Of a DNA stretch of 39,010 bases, positions 28,435 through 35,908 are shown piece after piece (within the stretch, counting starts at the first letter, position 1; every line of letters begins with the position of its first letter). The DNA lies in assembly GCA_043812515.1 (NCBI GenBank), contig JBDRMC010000007.1, forward strand, positions 1-39,010. The letters run 5' to 3'. This DNA is from Patescibacteria group bacterium. Lineage in GTDB: Bacteria > Patescibacteriota > Minisyncoccia > UBA10092. Made by a program: the position numbers and the translations under genes. Under the pieces are notes generated by a model that saw only the letters and a program-made list of their open reading frames with translations, made no database searches and had not been told where the DNA came from.

Positions 28435-28941
28435 ATAGATACAAAAGAAAACAATTACGCATTTATAGATAGCCAAAATTTAAACCTAAGCATTCGAGAA
28501 CTTGGGTGGAAACTTGATTGGCGCCGATTTCGAGTGTATCTAAAAGAAAAGTATAACGTTACAAAAGCCTTTTTATTTATTGGTTTTGTCGAGGGCAATA
28601 ATGATCTCTATAAATCACTTCAAGATGCCGGTTTTATTTGTATTTTTAAACCAACTTTAAAATATAAAGATGGAACTACAAAGGGAAATTGTGACGCGGA
28701 GTTTGTATTGCAAGCGATGATTGAGTACCCAAATTATAGAAAAGCTGTTATGGTAACCGGAGATGGAGATTTTTATTGTCTGGCAAAATATTTAATTGAA
28801 AATAAAAAACTGGAAGTCATTGTCGTGCCCAACAGGGACAAATTTTCCGCCTTATTGAAATTCAAAATCTGCCGTCCATTTCTTCGATTTATGAATGATT
28901 TGAAGGATAAATTGGAGTATAAAAAAGAAAAGACCCTATAA
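28435..28941 (+). CDS. NYN-domain paralog 2 without a canonical start codon at the homologous position (possible pseudogene or non-canonical start). The track's GTG at 28534 would remove the N-terminal IDxxNL motif.
   Basis: The frame is open from 28426 and reads ..IDTKENNYAFIDSQNLNLSIRELGWKLDWRRFRV, aligned to the paralog 1 N-terminus. There is no in-frame ATG/GTG/TTG before 28534. ATA at 28435 sits where paralog 1 has its ATG. Confidence 0.7.
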   Translation: MDTKENNYAFIDSQNLNLSIRELGWKLDWRRFRVYLKEKYNVTKAFLFIGFVEGNNDLYKSLQDAGFICIFKPTLKYKDGTTKGNCDAEFVLQAMIEYPNYRKAVMVTGDGDFYCLAKYLIENKKLEVIVVPNRDKFSALLKFKICRPFLRFMNDLKDKLEYKKEKTL

Positions 28942-28968
28942 GGACAAAACCTTATAGGGGGATCTTTT
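28921..28968. terminator. Bidirectional hairpin overlapping the NYN-2 stop codon
   Basis: CCCTATAAGG-ACAAAA-CCTTATAGGG perfect 10-bp stem with an A-rich run upstream and TTTT downstream. Confidence 0.65.
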
Positions 28969-28985
28969 CCGTTGGTGATATTTGC

Positions 28986-29013
28986 AGTATAGCAGATATT
29001 CGCTAAAAGTCAA
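28986..29013 (-). promoter_or_regulatory. Second copy of the minus-strand TTGACT, 16-nt spacer, TATACT box
   Basis: Same geometry and same distance from the hairpin as 28207-28234. Confidence 0.5.
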
Positions 29014-29054
29014 CACTTATTCACAGGTCGGGGGTCATTATAAAAAATAAATTT

Positions 29055-29453
29055 ATGGAAAATTATAAGGGCGTAATAATTGAAGAAAGTTTAGAAAATA
29101 AAGACGTTTTAAAAGAGGTTAAGATTTTAGAAACTGAGGTTGAGCCGGTGACTAGCGAGCATGAAACTCCTTGGCTTAAACAGTGGACTTTGCATACTGT
29201 AGAAATTTCTGAAGATAATGCGGAGGCGATTGCCGAAAAAATAAGCCATGCGCTAGATAGGGGACATGGCGCTTCTTGGTATGCGGATTTTAAAAATAAT
29301 GAAACGCATTTTATAATTTTCCGCGATAAAGTTTTTAAGATAGATAGAAAAAGTAAAGAACAATACGACAAAGCGAAAGAATATGGAATTTCTTTAGGAA
29401 TTCCCGAGCATCAAGTTGATTTTCATCCGGATATTAAAGAATGGGAAAGATAA
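29055..29453 (+). CDS. Hypothetical acidic protein (132 aa)
   Basis: Clean ORF between the conserved box and the second peptide gene. No family recognised. Confidence 0.6.
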   Translation: MENYKGVIIEESLENKDVLKEVKILETEVEPVTSEHETPWLKQWTLHTVEISEDNAEAIAEKISHALDRGHGASWYADFKNNETHFIIFRDKVFKIDRKSKEQYDKAKEYGISLGIPEHQVDFHPDIKEWER

Positions 29454-29465
29454 AACCCCTAAACC

Positions 29466-29546
29466 ATGCTCTCAATTTTAATAATAATCGGGGTGGTGGT
29501 TGTTGGGGTTATTGTGGGTATAATTGTTAATTCTGGAGATAAATAA
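29466..29546 (+). CDS. 26-aa hydrophobic peptide MLSILIIIGVVVVGVIVGIIVNSGDK
   Basis: Paralog of 28275-28352. The identical upstream CCTAAACC and first 38 coding nt are shared. Confidence 0.55.
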   Translation: MLSILIIIGVVVVGVIVGIIVNSGDK

Positions 29547-29550
29547 AAGG

Positions 29551-29559
29551 TGGTATAAT
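29551..29559 (+). promoter_or_regulatory. Extended -10 TGGTATAAT
   Basis: Exact recurring motif, 36 nt upstream of the ATG at 29595. Confidence 0.45.
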
Positions 29560-29594
29560 AAACTCAAGAATGGGGATTATAATTAAAAAAATTT

Positions 29595-29798
29595 ATGAAA
29601 AAAAGCGACATGGTTAGGGGAGTGGCGGAGGCGGGGGTTTGGTATGTTTTTATATACTATTTCCTCTATGCCTTGAAAAACTCTGTAGAACTCTGGCAGG
29701 CGGCTTTGGTTCTTTTGGTCTTGGCGTATGTCGGCGTTTGGGTTTGCCCGTGGGTCCGCTACACCGACAGCTGGCGCAAAATGATGGGCGGGGAATAA
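29595..29798 (+). CDS. Small two-TM membrane protein (67 aa)
   Basis: Two hydrophobic helices rich in aromatic residues. The overlapping alternative frame 29639-29854 is less plausible. Confidence 0.5.
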   Translation: MKKSDMVRGVAEAGVWYVFIYYFLYALKNSVELWQAALVLLVLAYVGVWVCPWVRYTDSWRKMMGGE

Positions 29799-29831
29799 AG
29801 GTCGATTATAAATTATTAAATTATCATATAT

Positions 29832-30110
29832 ATGGACTCAGTAAATTCGCATAAAGTGGGTATAGTGTTTGGAGGGATGATGGCTATTGTTCATGCCGTT
29901 TGGTCGCTCATGGTTTTGTTGGGAATGGCCAAGCTGTTCATGGATTGGATTTTAGGTTTGCATTTCTTGAGTTTCCAATACAGTATTGACCCGTTTGCAT
30001 TTTTAAGCGCCTTAATGCTTGTTATTGTAGCCGGTGTATTTGGCTATATTGTAGGATATATTTTCGGCTGGCTCTGGAATTTGGCTCACCGCACATCGCA
30101 CGGCCAGTAG
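29832..30110 (+). CDS. Small three-TM membrane protein (92 aa)
   Basis: Three hydrophobic segments. Confidence 0.55.
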   Translation: MDSVNSHKVGIVFGGMMAIVHAVWSLMVLLGMAKLFMDWILGLHFLSFQYSIDPFAFLSALMLVIVAGVFGYIVGYIFGWLWNLAHRTSHGQ

Positions 30111-30133
30111 AATACTTTTCTGCAAACTCATAA

Positions 30134-30160
30134 AAATATAGGTGTCCGACACCTATATTT
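30134..30160. repeat. 27-bp palindrome, copy 2
   Basis: Identical to 22976-23002. Confidence 0.85.
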
Positions 30161-30252
30161 TATGTATTTGACTTTTTGAGTCAAAATCTCTATCCTATAA
30201 ACAGATTTGTGAGGCGGAAAAGACCTTTGACAAAGAGAGAGAGGTAGTTGAG

Positions 30253-30708
30253 ATGAGAGCAAGAACAAACAAGAGATGGGCATGGGTTTTCATTATCTTA
30301 ATTTCGGTTCTTTTCTTTTTTGGTCTAAGTCTGGTTCTAAGTCACGCCGTTGAGGGATCGGCCGATATAAATATTGTTCATGACAGCTATGCCGAAACTC
30401 AGACGTACGAAACCTTTTTTTTGGTATTTACCGAAGAACTTCTGCGGTTTATGGAAGAAAATCGCGACAAAATCTCCGGACGGCATCGGGTATTTGTAAT
30501 GGAGTTTTATAGAGTTTTTGACCCGACGGACATAATGATTTTTATATATTTGGATTTGAATATGGCGCTGAAAGAGCCTTTGTTAATTCATCGCGAAAGA
30601 GTAAGAAATTTAAATAGTTCCGAATCTGTTAAAACGTTTGCCAAGAAAACCGTTGAAAATCTTGTCCGGATTATCGGCGAAAATGGGCCGAAGAAACGCG
30701 AAATATAA
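30253..30708 (+). CDS. Signal-anchored hypothetical protein (151 aa)
   Basis: N-terminal TM helix. Shine-Dalgarno GAGAGAGGTAG. A terminator follows. Confidence 0.6.
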   Translation: MRARTNKRWAWVFIILISVLFFFGLSLVLSHAVEGSADINIVHDSYAETQTYETFFLVFTEELLRFMEENRDKISGRHRVFVMEFYRVFDPTDIMIFIYLDLNMALKEPLLIHRERVRNLNSSESVKTFAKKTVENLVRIIGENGPKKREI

Positions 30709-30713
30709 AATAT

Positions 30714-30740
30714 TCCCGGGAGAAATCTCGGGATTTTGTT
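30714..30740 (+). terminator. Rho-independent terminator with a GAAA tetraloop
   Basis: TCCCGGGA-GAAA-TCTCGGGA (8 bp, one G-T pair) followed by TTTT. Confidence 0.75.
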
Positions 30741-30745
30741 ATTTG

Positions 30746-30754
30746 TGGTACAAT
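30746..30754 (+). promoter_or_regulatory. Extended -10 TGGTACAAT
   Basis: Variant of the recurring motif, upstream of the 30804 ORF. Confidence 0.4.
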
Positions 30755-30803
30755 AAAATAAATGATGGATTGGGGATGAATGCCTGAACTGTGGAGGTGA
30801 GCC

Positions 30804-31028
30804 ATGTATAATGTTGTTTTCAGAACCAACCTAAGGTCTAGTACTTTTAATGCGGTTACTTGGGTGCCATTTATAGACAAAAAAAATTTTGATGAGCAAT
30901 ACAGCGAGAAAATGCAAAAATTACACAAGGTAATAGAGCAGAATAGTTCTAAAGAACGCGCGGTTGAACTGTGCTCAACTGCGGGTATAAATTTAGTTAT
31001 TGTGGCATACAAGTTGAGAGAACCTTAA
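30804..31028 (+). CDS. Hypothetical protein (74 aa)
   Basis: Shine-Dalgarno GGAGGTGA 4 nt upstream. A terminator follows immediately. Confidence 0.6.
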   Translation: MYNVVFRTNLRSSTFNAVTWVPFIDKKNFDEQYSEKMQKLHKVIEQNSSKERAVELCSTAGINLVIVAYKLREP

Positions 31029-31050
31029 CCCCGCTTAGCGGGGTTTGTTG
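31029..31050 (+). terminator. Rho-independent terminator CCCCGC-TTA-GCGGGG plus a T-rich tail
   Basis: Same stem-loop as 27590-27606. Confidence 0.75.
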
Positions 31051-31071
31051 TTTACGTTAAATTAGTTAAAG

Positions 31072-31080
31072 TGGTATAAT
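31072..31080 (+). promoter_or_regulatory. Extended -10 TGGTATAAT
   Basis: Exact motif 38 nt upstream of the ATG at 31118. Confidence 0.45.
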
Positions 31081-31117
31081 AAAAAAGTTGGAATTATTAT
31101 AAATTAATTAAAATTTT

Positions 31118-32254
31118 ATGAAAAAAATACTATTTTTGAGCATATTGTTAACAGTTTTGGTTGTTGTTCCGGTTGTGGCTTACGGCGCCACGTTTAAAAT
31201 CGGAGAAAATTATTATCTTAATTCCAGTGAAAAAATAAACGACAATCTTTATGCCACGGCCGCCGAGGTTAATATTGCCGGCGCGACTGCCGGCGATCTG
31301 TCCGTCGCCGGTGGCAATATTATTGTATCAGGCCCCGTGAGCGCCGATTTGTCCGCGGCCGGCGGTACGCTTAATATTATTGGCAATGTTGAAGGCGATC
31401 TGCGGCTTTTTGGCGGCAATATCTTCATTTCAAGCAATGCCGGAGGCGAGCTTTTGGCCGCCGGCGGACAGGTAACTTTGATGCCCGGCTCTATTATCGG
31501 CAAAGATATTAAAATCGCCGGAGGCAGTATAAATTATGAAGGCAATGCCGGCGGAGGCGTTGTCATAAAAGGCAATAAGGTTTTTATAGACGGGGCGATT
31601 GGAAAAGATTTATCGGTTACAGCGCGGGAAATAACGCTTGGCCCGGGCGCTTTGATAAAAGGGAACTTTGACTATTATTCGCCGAAAGAAGCGACAATAG
31701 AATCCGGCGCGACTGTCCGGGGCGCTGTTAATTTTCACAAAACCGAAATGCCGGCAAAAAGGCCAATGCTAGGATTTATTTTTGGAATTTTTACCTTGGC
31801 TCTGCTCATAAAAACATTAATGTTTATCACGGCGTCTTTGGTAGCGCTGTATTTTGCCGGGGGCCATATAAAATCTATTGTTAAAGAAGCATCTTCTAAT
31901 TTTTGGAGAGAGGCCGGCAGGGGATTTGTAATTCTATTTATCGCTCCGGTGGCGATTATCATCAGTTTTGCAACAGTGATAGGCATAAGCCTGGGATTGA
32001 TAGCGTTATTCGTTTATCTGGCATTTATTTTTGCCGCCGCAATTATTTCCGTATTGCTTTTTGCCCAGCTGGCGCTCAAGTATGTTTTCAAGAAAGAAAA
32101 TTACGAATTGAATTGGTGGGTTGTCATTCTCGCCGTTGTGGCGCTTGCCGTAATAACTTGTATTCCGTTTGTCGGTCCGATTTTCACCTTAGTTCTGGTC
32201 TTTGTGGCTCTCGGCAGTTCCGCCAGTTATGTTTATAAAAAACTGAAGGAATAA
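31118..32254 (+). CDS. Membrane protein with an N-terminal bactofilin-like beta-helix repeat domain and a C-terminal multi-TM region
   Basis: Signal peptide. Repeated G-D-L-x-x-A-G-G-x-(I/L) units. Four to five C-terminal hydrophobic helices. Confidence 0.7.
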   Translation: MKKILFLSILLTVLVVVPVVAYGATFKIGENYYLNSSEKINDNLYATAAEVNIAGATAGDLSVAGGNIIVSGPVSADLSAAGGTLNIIGNVEGDLRLFGGNIFISSNAGGELLAAGGQVTLMPGSIIGKDIKIAGGSINYEGNAGGGVVIKGNKVFIDGAIGKDLSVTAREITLGPGALIKGNFDYYSPKEATIESGATVRGAVNFHKTEMPAKRPMLGFIFGIFTLALLIKTLMFITASLVALYFAGGHIKSIVKEASSNFWREAGRGFVILFIAPVAIIISFATVIGISLGLIALFVYLAFIFAAAIISVLLFAQLALKYVFKKENYELNWWVVILAVVALAVITCIPFVGPIFTLVLVFVALGSSASYVYKKLKE

Positions 32255-32260
32255 AAATTT

Positions 32261-32659
32261 ATGAAAGGATTTAACGCGAATATCGAAAAAGAGACTTTGG
32301 AAAATAATAATTTTCGCAAAGTGTTGTATACGGGCAAGCACAGCCAGTTGGTGCTTATGAGTTTGAAGCCGAATGAAGAAATCGGAATGGAAGTTCACAC
32401 AGACAACGACCAGTTTTTTCGTTTTGAAAAAGGACAAGGCAAATGCGTTATTGACGGCAACGAATACAATGTTGAGAATGGTTCGGCGATTATTGTCCCG
32501 GCCGGCGCCCAGCATAATATTATCAACACATCCGGCGAAGAAGATTTGAAACTATATACCATTTATTCGCCGGCGCATCATAAAGACGGCATTGTCCGCG
32601 CCACCAAAGAAGAAGCGGAAGCCAACGGGCCGGAGTTTGACGGTGTCACTACGGAATAA
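32261..32659 (+). CDS. Cupin-domain protein
   Basis: 132 aa. GMEVHTDNDQFFRFEKGQG...AIIVPAGAQHNI matches the two cupin motifs. Confidence 0.75.
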   Translation: MKGFNANIEKETLENNNFRKVLYTGKHSQLVLMSLKPNEEIGMEVHTDNDQFFRFEKGQGKCVIDGNEYNVENGSAIIVPAGAQHNIINTSGEEDLKLYTIYSPAHHKDGIVRATKEEAEANGPEFDGVTTE

Positions 32660-32665
32660 CTGTTA

Positions 32666-33271
32666 ATGGAAGGATTGGCATTTTTGGACGAAAAGATAAT
32701 CAACGCCATTTTAGAAAAACTGGGCGAGGAAAGAAATTTGAAAATTATTTCTTTTACAGAGTTGTACAAATACTTGGGCGAACAGGAAAATCGCCTTGTC
32801 AGGAGCTTTGTAAAACTGAATCCCAGGGATTTTGGATTCAAGGGAAAGTTTTTGGGTGTTAGGGCGGTTCCTAAAGATCTGATTTTTGTTGACGGGCATT
32901 TTCTGTCTAAGCCGGTTTTTTCGGCGTTTTTGGAGATGAATAATACCCTGGAGGGCGATATCGGAAAAAGATTGAAAATTTTTTCCGGCTACAGGTCTCC
33001 AGCCTATCAAGCAATTGTTTTCTTGAGATGCCTGAAAGAAAATAAATTTGATTTTTTAAAAACAGCAAAGGGAGTGGCTTTCCCCGGCTATAGCGAACAT
33101 AGCGACTCCGTAAATCATGCGATTGATTTCTGTCCGGAAAATTTTGAAAAAACCGAAGAATATAAGTGGTTAAAGAAAAACGCTAATAAATTTGGTTTTT
33201 ATTTGTCTTATCCAAGAAATAACAAAGATGGGATAATGTTTGAGCCGTGGCATTGGCGATTTGGTAAATAA
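32666..33271 (+). CDS. D-alanyl-D-alanine carboxypeptidase, peptidase M15 (VanY-like)
   Basis: SGYRSPAYQ, PGYSEHSDSVNHAIDF, EPWHWRF. Confidence 0.85.
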   Translation: MEGLAFLDEKIINAILEKLGEERNLKIISFTELYKYLGEQENRLVRSFVKLNPRDFGFKGKFLGVRAVPKDLIFVDGHFLSKPVFSAFLEMNNTLEGDIGKRLKIFSGYRSPAYQAIVFLRCLKENKFDFLKTAKGVAFPGYSEHSDSVNHAIDFCPENFEKTEEYKWLKKNANKFGFYLSYPRNNKDGIMFEPWHWRFGK

Positions 33272-33288
33272 AATGTAATATAGAACAT

Positions 33289-33765
33289 ATGAATAGAACT
33301 CAAATTATAGCTTTTGCGACAGCGACAGTTTTAATAGTTTCCGGATTTTTTATTTTTTACAGTAAAGATAAAACCGATGTCGGCGCAACAAAGCAGGATG
33401 AAACGTTAGACTTAACATTAAACAATCAAAAAATGGATAAACAGGGCGTTCAAATAGAAATCTTAAAAGAAGGAACGGGAGCTGTCGCCAAAAATGGCGA
33501 CACCGTTTCCGTGCATTATGTGGGCGTTTTGGAAAATGGAACAAAATTTGATTCCAGTGTTGATAGAGGAGTCCCATTTGAGTTTCCTTTGGGAGCCGGA
33601 AAAGTTATTCCAGGCTGGGATATCGGAGTTGAAGGAATGAAAATCGGGGAAGTGAGAAAATTAACTATTCCCTCGGAATTAGCTTATGGCCCCAGCGGGG
33701 CAGGTAATGTAATCCCACCAAATGCGACACTCATTTTTGAAGTCCAACTTTTGGACATTAAATAG
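33289..33765 (+). CDS. FKBP-type peptidyl-prolyl cis-trans isomerase, membrane-anchored
   Basis: GDTVSVHYVGVLENGTKFDSS, FPLGAGKVIPGWDIGVEGMKIGE, LIFEVQLLDI. Confidence 0.92.
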   Translation: MNRTQIIAFATATVLIVSGFFIFYSKDKTDVGATKQDETLDLTLNNQKMDKQGVQIEILKEGTGAVAKNGDTVSVHYVGVLENGTKFDSSVDRGVPFEFPLGAGKVIPGWDIGVEGMKIGEVRKLTIPSELAYGPSGAGNVIPPNATLIFEVQLLDIK

Positions 33766-34633
33766 AATTTTGTTTTTTACTGCGGGTATTATCATCGCAG
33801 TATCTCTTTTCTTTTCGTGGAAATTTATCGAGGGGCCAAAATTGATATTTTCTAACACCAAAATTGCGCAGGGAGGCACATTAGTTGTCCGTCTTGACGG
33901 TGTTTGGCGCACTCCGGCAGAAGCCCGGCTTGGTTCAAAACCGGTTTCATTTTTCCGCCATTGGTTAAGTTATTTCGCGATTATTGGAATTGACACGAAA
34001 TCAAAACCGGAAAAGACATCTTTTTATGTCAAACTTGCGTCCGGAGAAGAATTGAACCATGAACTGGTAATTTTGCTTCACCCCGTTAAAAAGACGCAAC
34101 TTGTTATCCCGCAAAAAATGGTCAAACAAGGAATAAACGCGGCAACTCTTATCAATAATATTATTTTTAACGACAAGCCGGCTCTTGATTCGATATTCAA
34201 AATATTTACGCCAAAAATCGGATTTAATAATCCTTTTATAATGCCATTAAGCAAATGGGTAGATGTTGGAAGTTTCGGAACTTTAAGACAATCAGCAAGT
34301 GGAAGCGTGCGTCATTTCGGGGTTGACTTGGAGGCGGATTTGGGTGACCCTGTTTTCAGCATTAATGACGGAACAGTACAATTTGTTGAAGAACTTCCGG
34401 ATTATGGTAAAACAATTGTAATTGACCACGGTTTGGGAATATTTTCCGGATATTTGCATCTTTCCGAAATTAAAACTATTGTAAATGCCAAAGTAAAAAG
34501 GGGAGAAATTATCGGTCTCGTCGGTTCAACCGGCTATTCTCTCGCCCCGCATCTTCACTTTACCGTTAAAATCAATGGAGCCAGCGTCGACCCGAAAGAA
34601 TTTTTGGATACGGTAAATGAGTTTATAAAATGA
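33722..34633 (+). CDS. M23-family metallopeptidase (start uncertain; overlaps the FKBP gene by 44 nt as drawn)
   Basis: HFGVDLEA, IDHGLGIFSGYLHLS, GSTGYSLAPHLHF. Confidence 0.88.
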   Translation: MRHSFLKSNFWTLNRILFFTAGIIIAVSLFFSWKFIEGPKLIFSNTKIAQGGTLVVRLDGVWRTPAEARLGSKPVSFFRHWLSYFAIIGIDTKSKPEKTSFYVKLASGEELNHELVILLHPVKKTQLVIPQKMVKQGINAATLINNIIFNDKPALDSIFKIFTPKIGFNNPFIMPLSKWVDVGSFGTLRQSASGSVRHFGVDLEADLGDPVFSINDGTVQFVEELPDYGKTIVIDHGLGIFSGYLHLSEIKTIVNAKVKRGEIIGLVGSTGYSLAPHLHFTVKINGASVDPKEFLDTVNEFIK

Positions 34634-34645
34634 AAAATATTTTTA

Positions 34646-35620
34646 ATGCTTATAGACGACGTCACAATTGAAGTGAAAGCCGGCAATGGCGGCCGCGGGG
34701 CGGTGGCTTTTAATAATACCAAAATGAATCTTGGGCCGGCCGGCGCCGATGGCGGAAACGGGGGGAGCGTCTATTTTGAAGGCGTGTCGGATTTAAACGC
34801 GCTTAGCCAATTTCGTTATAAAAAAAAGTTAACGGCGGAAAACGGCGAAAACGGAAAAAAACAATTTAATGACGGAGCCGACGGCAAGGATTTAATTTTT
34901 AAAATACCGGTTGGCACGGTGGTGCATAATTTGTCTTCCGGAGAAAATTTAGAAATTATGGCGATTGGCCAGCAGTTGTTGATTGCTAAGGGCGGCGTTG
35001 GCGGAAAAGGTAATTTTAAATTCCGTTCGTCAACAAATACGTCGCCTACCGAATTTGAAGAAGGTACGCCGGGCGAGGAATGCGAATTGCGATTGGAATT
35101 GAAATTGATAGCCGATGTGGGATTTATCGGTTTACCCAATGTCGGCAAATCAAGCCTGCTTAATGAATTGACCAGCGCCAAAAGCAAAGTGGCCAATTAT
35201 CCTTTTACTACGCTTGACCCGAATCTCGGCGCTTATTACGAATTAATTTTGGCCGATATTCCGGGGCTTATTGAAGGAGCTTCAAGTGGTAAAGGACTTG
35301 GCATAAAATTCTTGCGCCATATTGAACGCGTAAAAACTCTTTTCCATTTTATTTCGGCGGAATCGGCTACTCCGGCCAAGGATTATCAAATTATCAGAAA
35401 CGAGCTTGGGGCGTATAATAAAGAACTTTTGGAAAAAACCGAGTACATTTTTTTGAGCAAATCGGATTTATTGGCGGAAAAAGAAATTGAAGAAAAAATA
35501 AAAGCGCTTGAAGAAACGGACAAAAAAGTTCTGGCTATTTCCATAAACGACAAAAACAGTATCAAATGTGTTGAAGAAATCCTGCGCGAAATTATCAAAC
35601 AAAAAATGGCAAATATATGA
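34646..35620 (+). CDS. obg: GTPase Obg/CgtA
   Basis: Gly-rich Obg fold (GNGGRGAVAF, GGNGGSVYF). G1 GLPNVGKSSLLN, G3 DIPG. Confidence 0.93.
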   Translation: MLIDDVTIEVKAGNGGRGAVAFNNTKMNLGPAGADGGNGGSVYFEGVSDLNALSQFRYKKKLTAENGENGKKQFNDGADGKDLIFKIPVGTVVHNLSSGENLEIMAIGQQLLIAKGGVGGKGNFKFRSSTNTSPTEFEEGTPGEECELRLELKLIADVGFIGLPNVGKSSLLNELTSAKSKVANYPFTTLDPNLGAYYELILADIPGLIEGASSGKGLGIKFLRHIERVKTLFHFISAESATPAKDYQIIRNELGAYNKELLEKTEYIFLSKSDLLAEKEIEEKIKALEETDKKVLAISINDKNSIKCVEEILREIIKQKMANI

Positions 35621-35835
35621 AAATTTTTGTTAAAGTAAAACCCAACTCCAAAGAAGAAAGCATTAAAAAACTTAGCGATACTAATTTCGAAATTTGCGTA
35701 AAAGAACCGCCGGTGAAAGGAAAGGCAAATACGGCAATTATCAAAGTGCTAGCCAAGCGCTTTGGCGTTCCAATTTCGTCCGTAAATATCATCATTGGCC
35801 ACACCTCCCGCCAAAAAATCGTAGAAATAAAGTAA
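35617..35835 (+). CDS. DUF167 (YggU-like) protein
   Basis: VKPNSK...PPVKGKANTAIIKVLAKRFGVPISSVNIIIGHTSRQK. Confidence 0.8.
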   Translation: MKIFVKVKPNSKEESIKKLSDTNFEICVKEPPVKGKANTAIIKVLAKRFGVPISSVNIIIGHTSRQKIVEIK

Positions 35836-35908
35836 AAAGCCTTAATTTTTGACTTTTTGAGATTTTTATTGTAGAGTATTAATACTGGATAGCCAGTTTT
35901 TTATTTTT

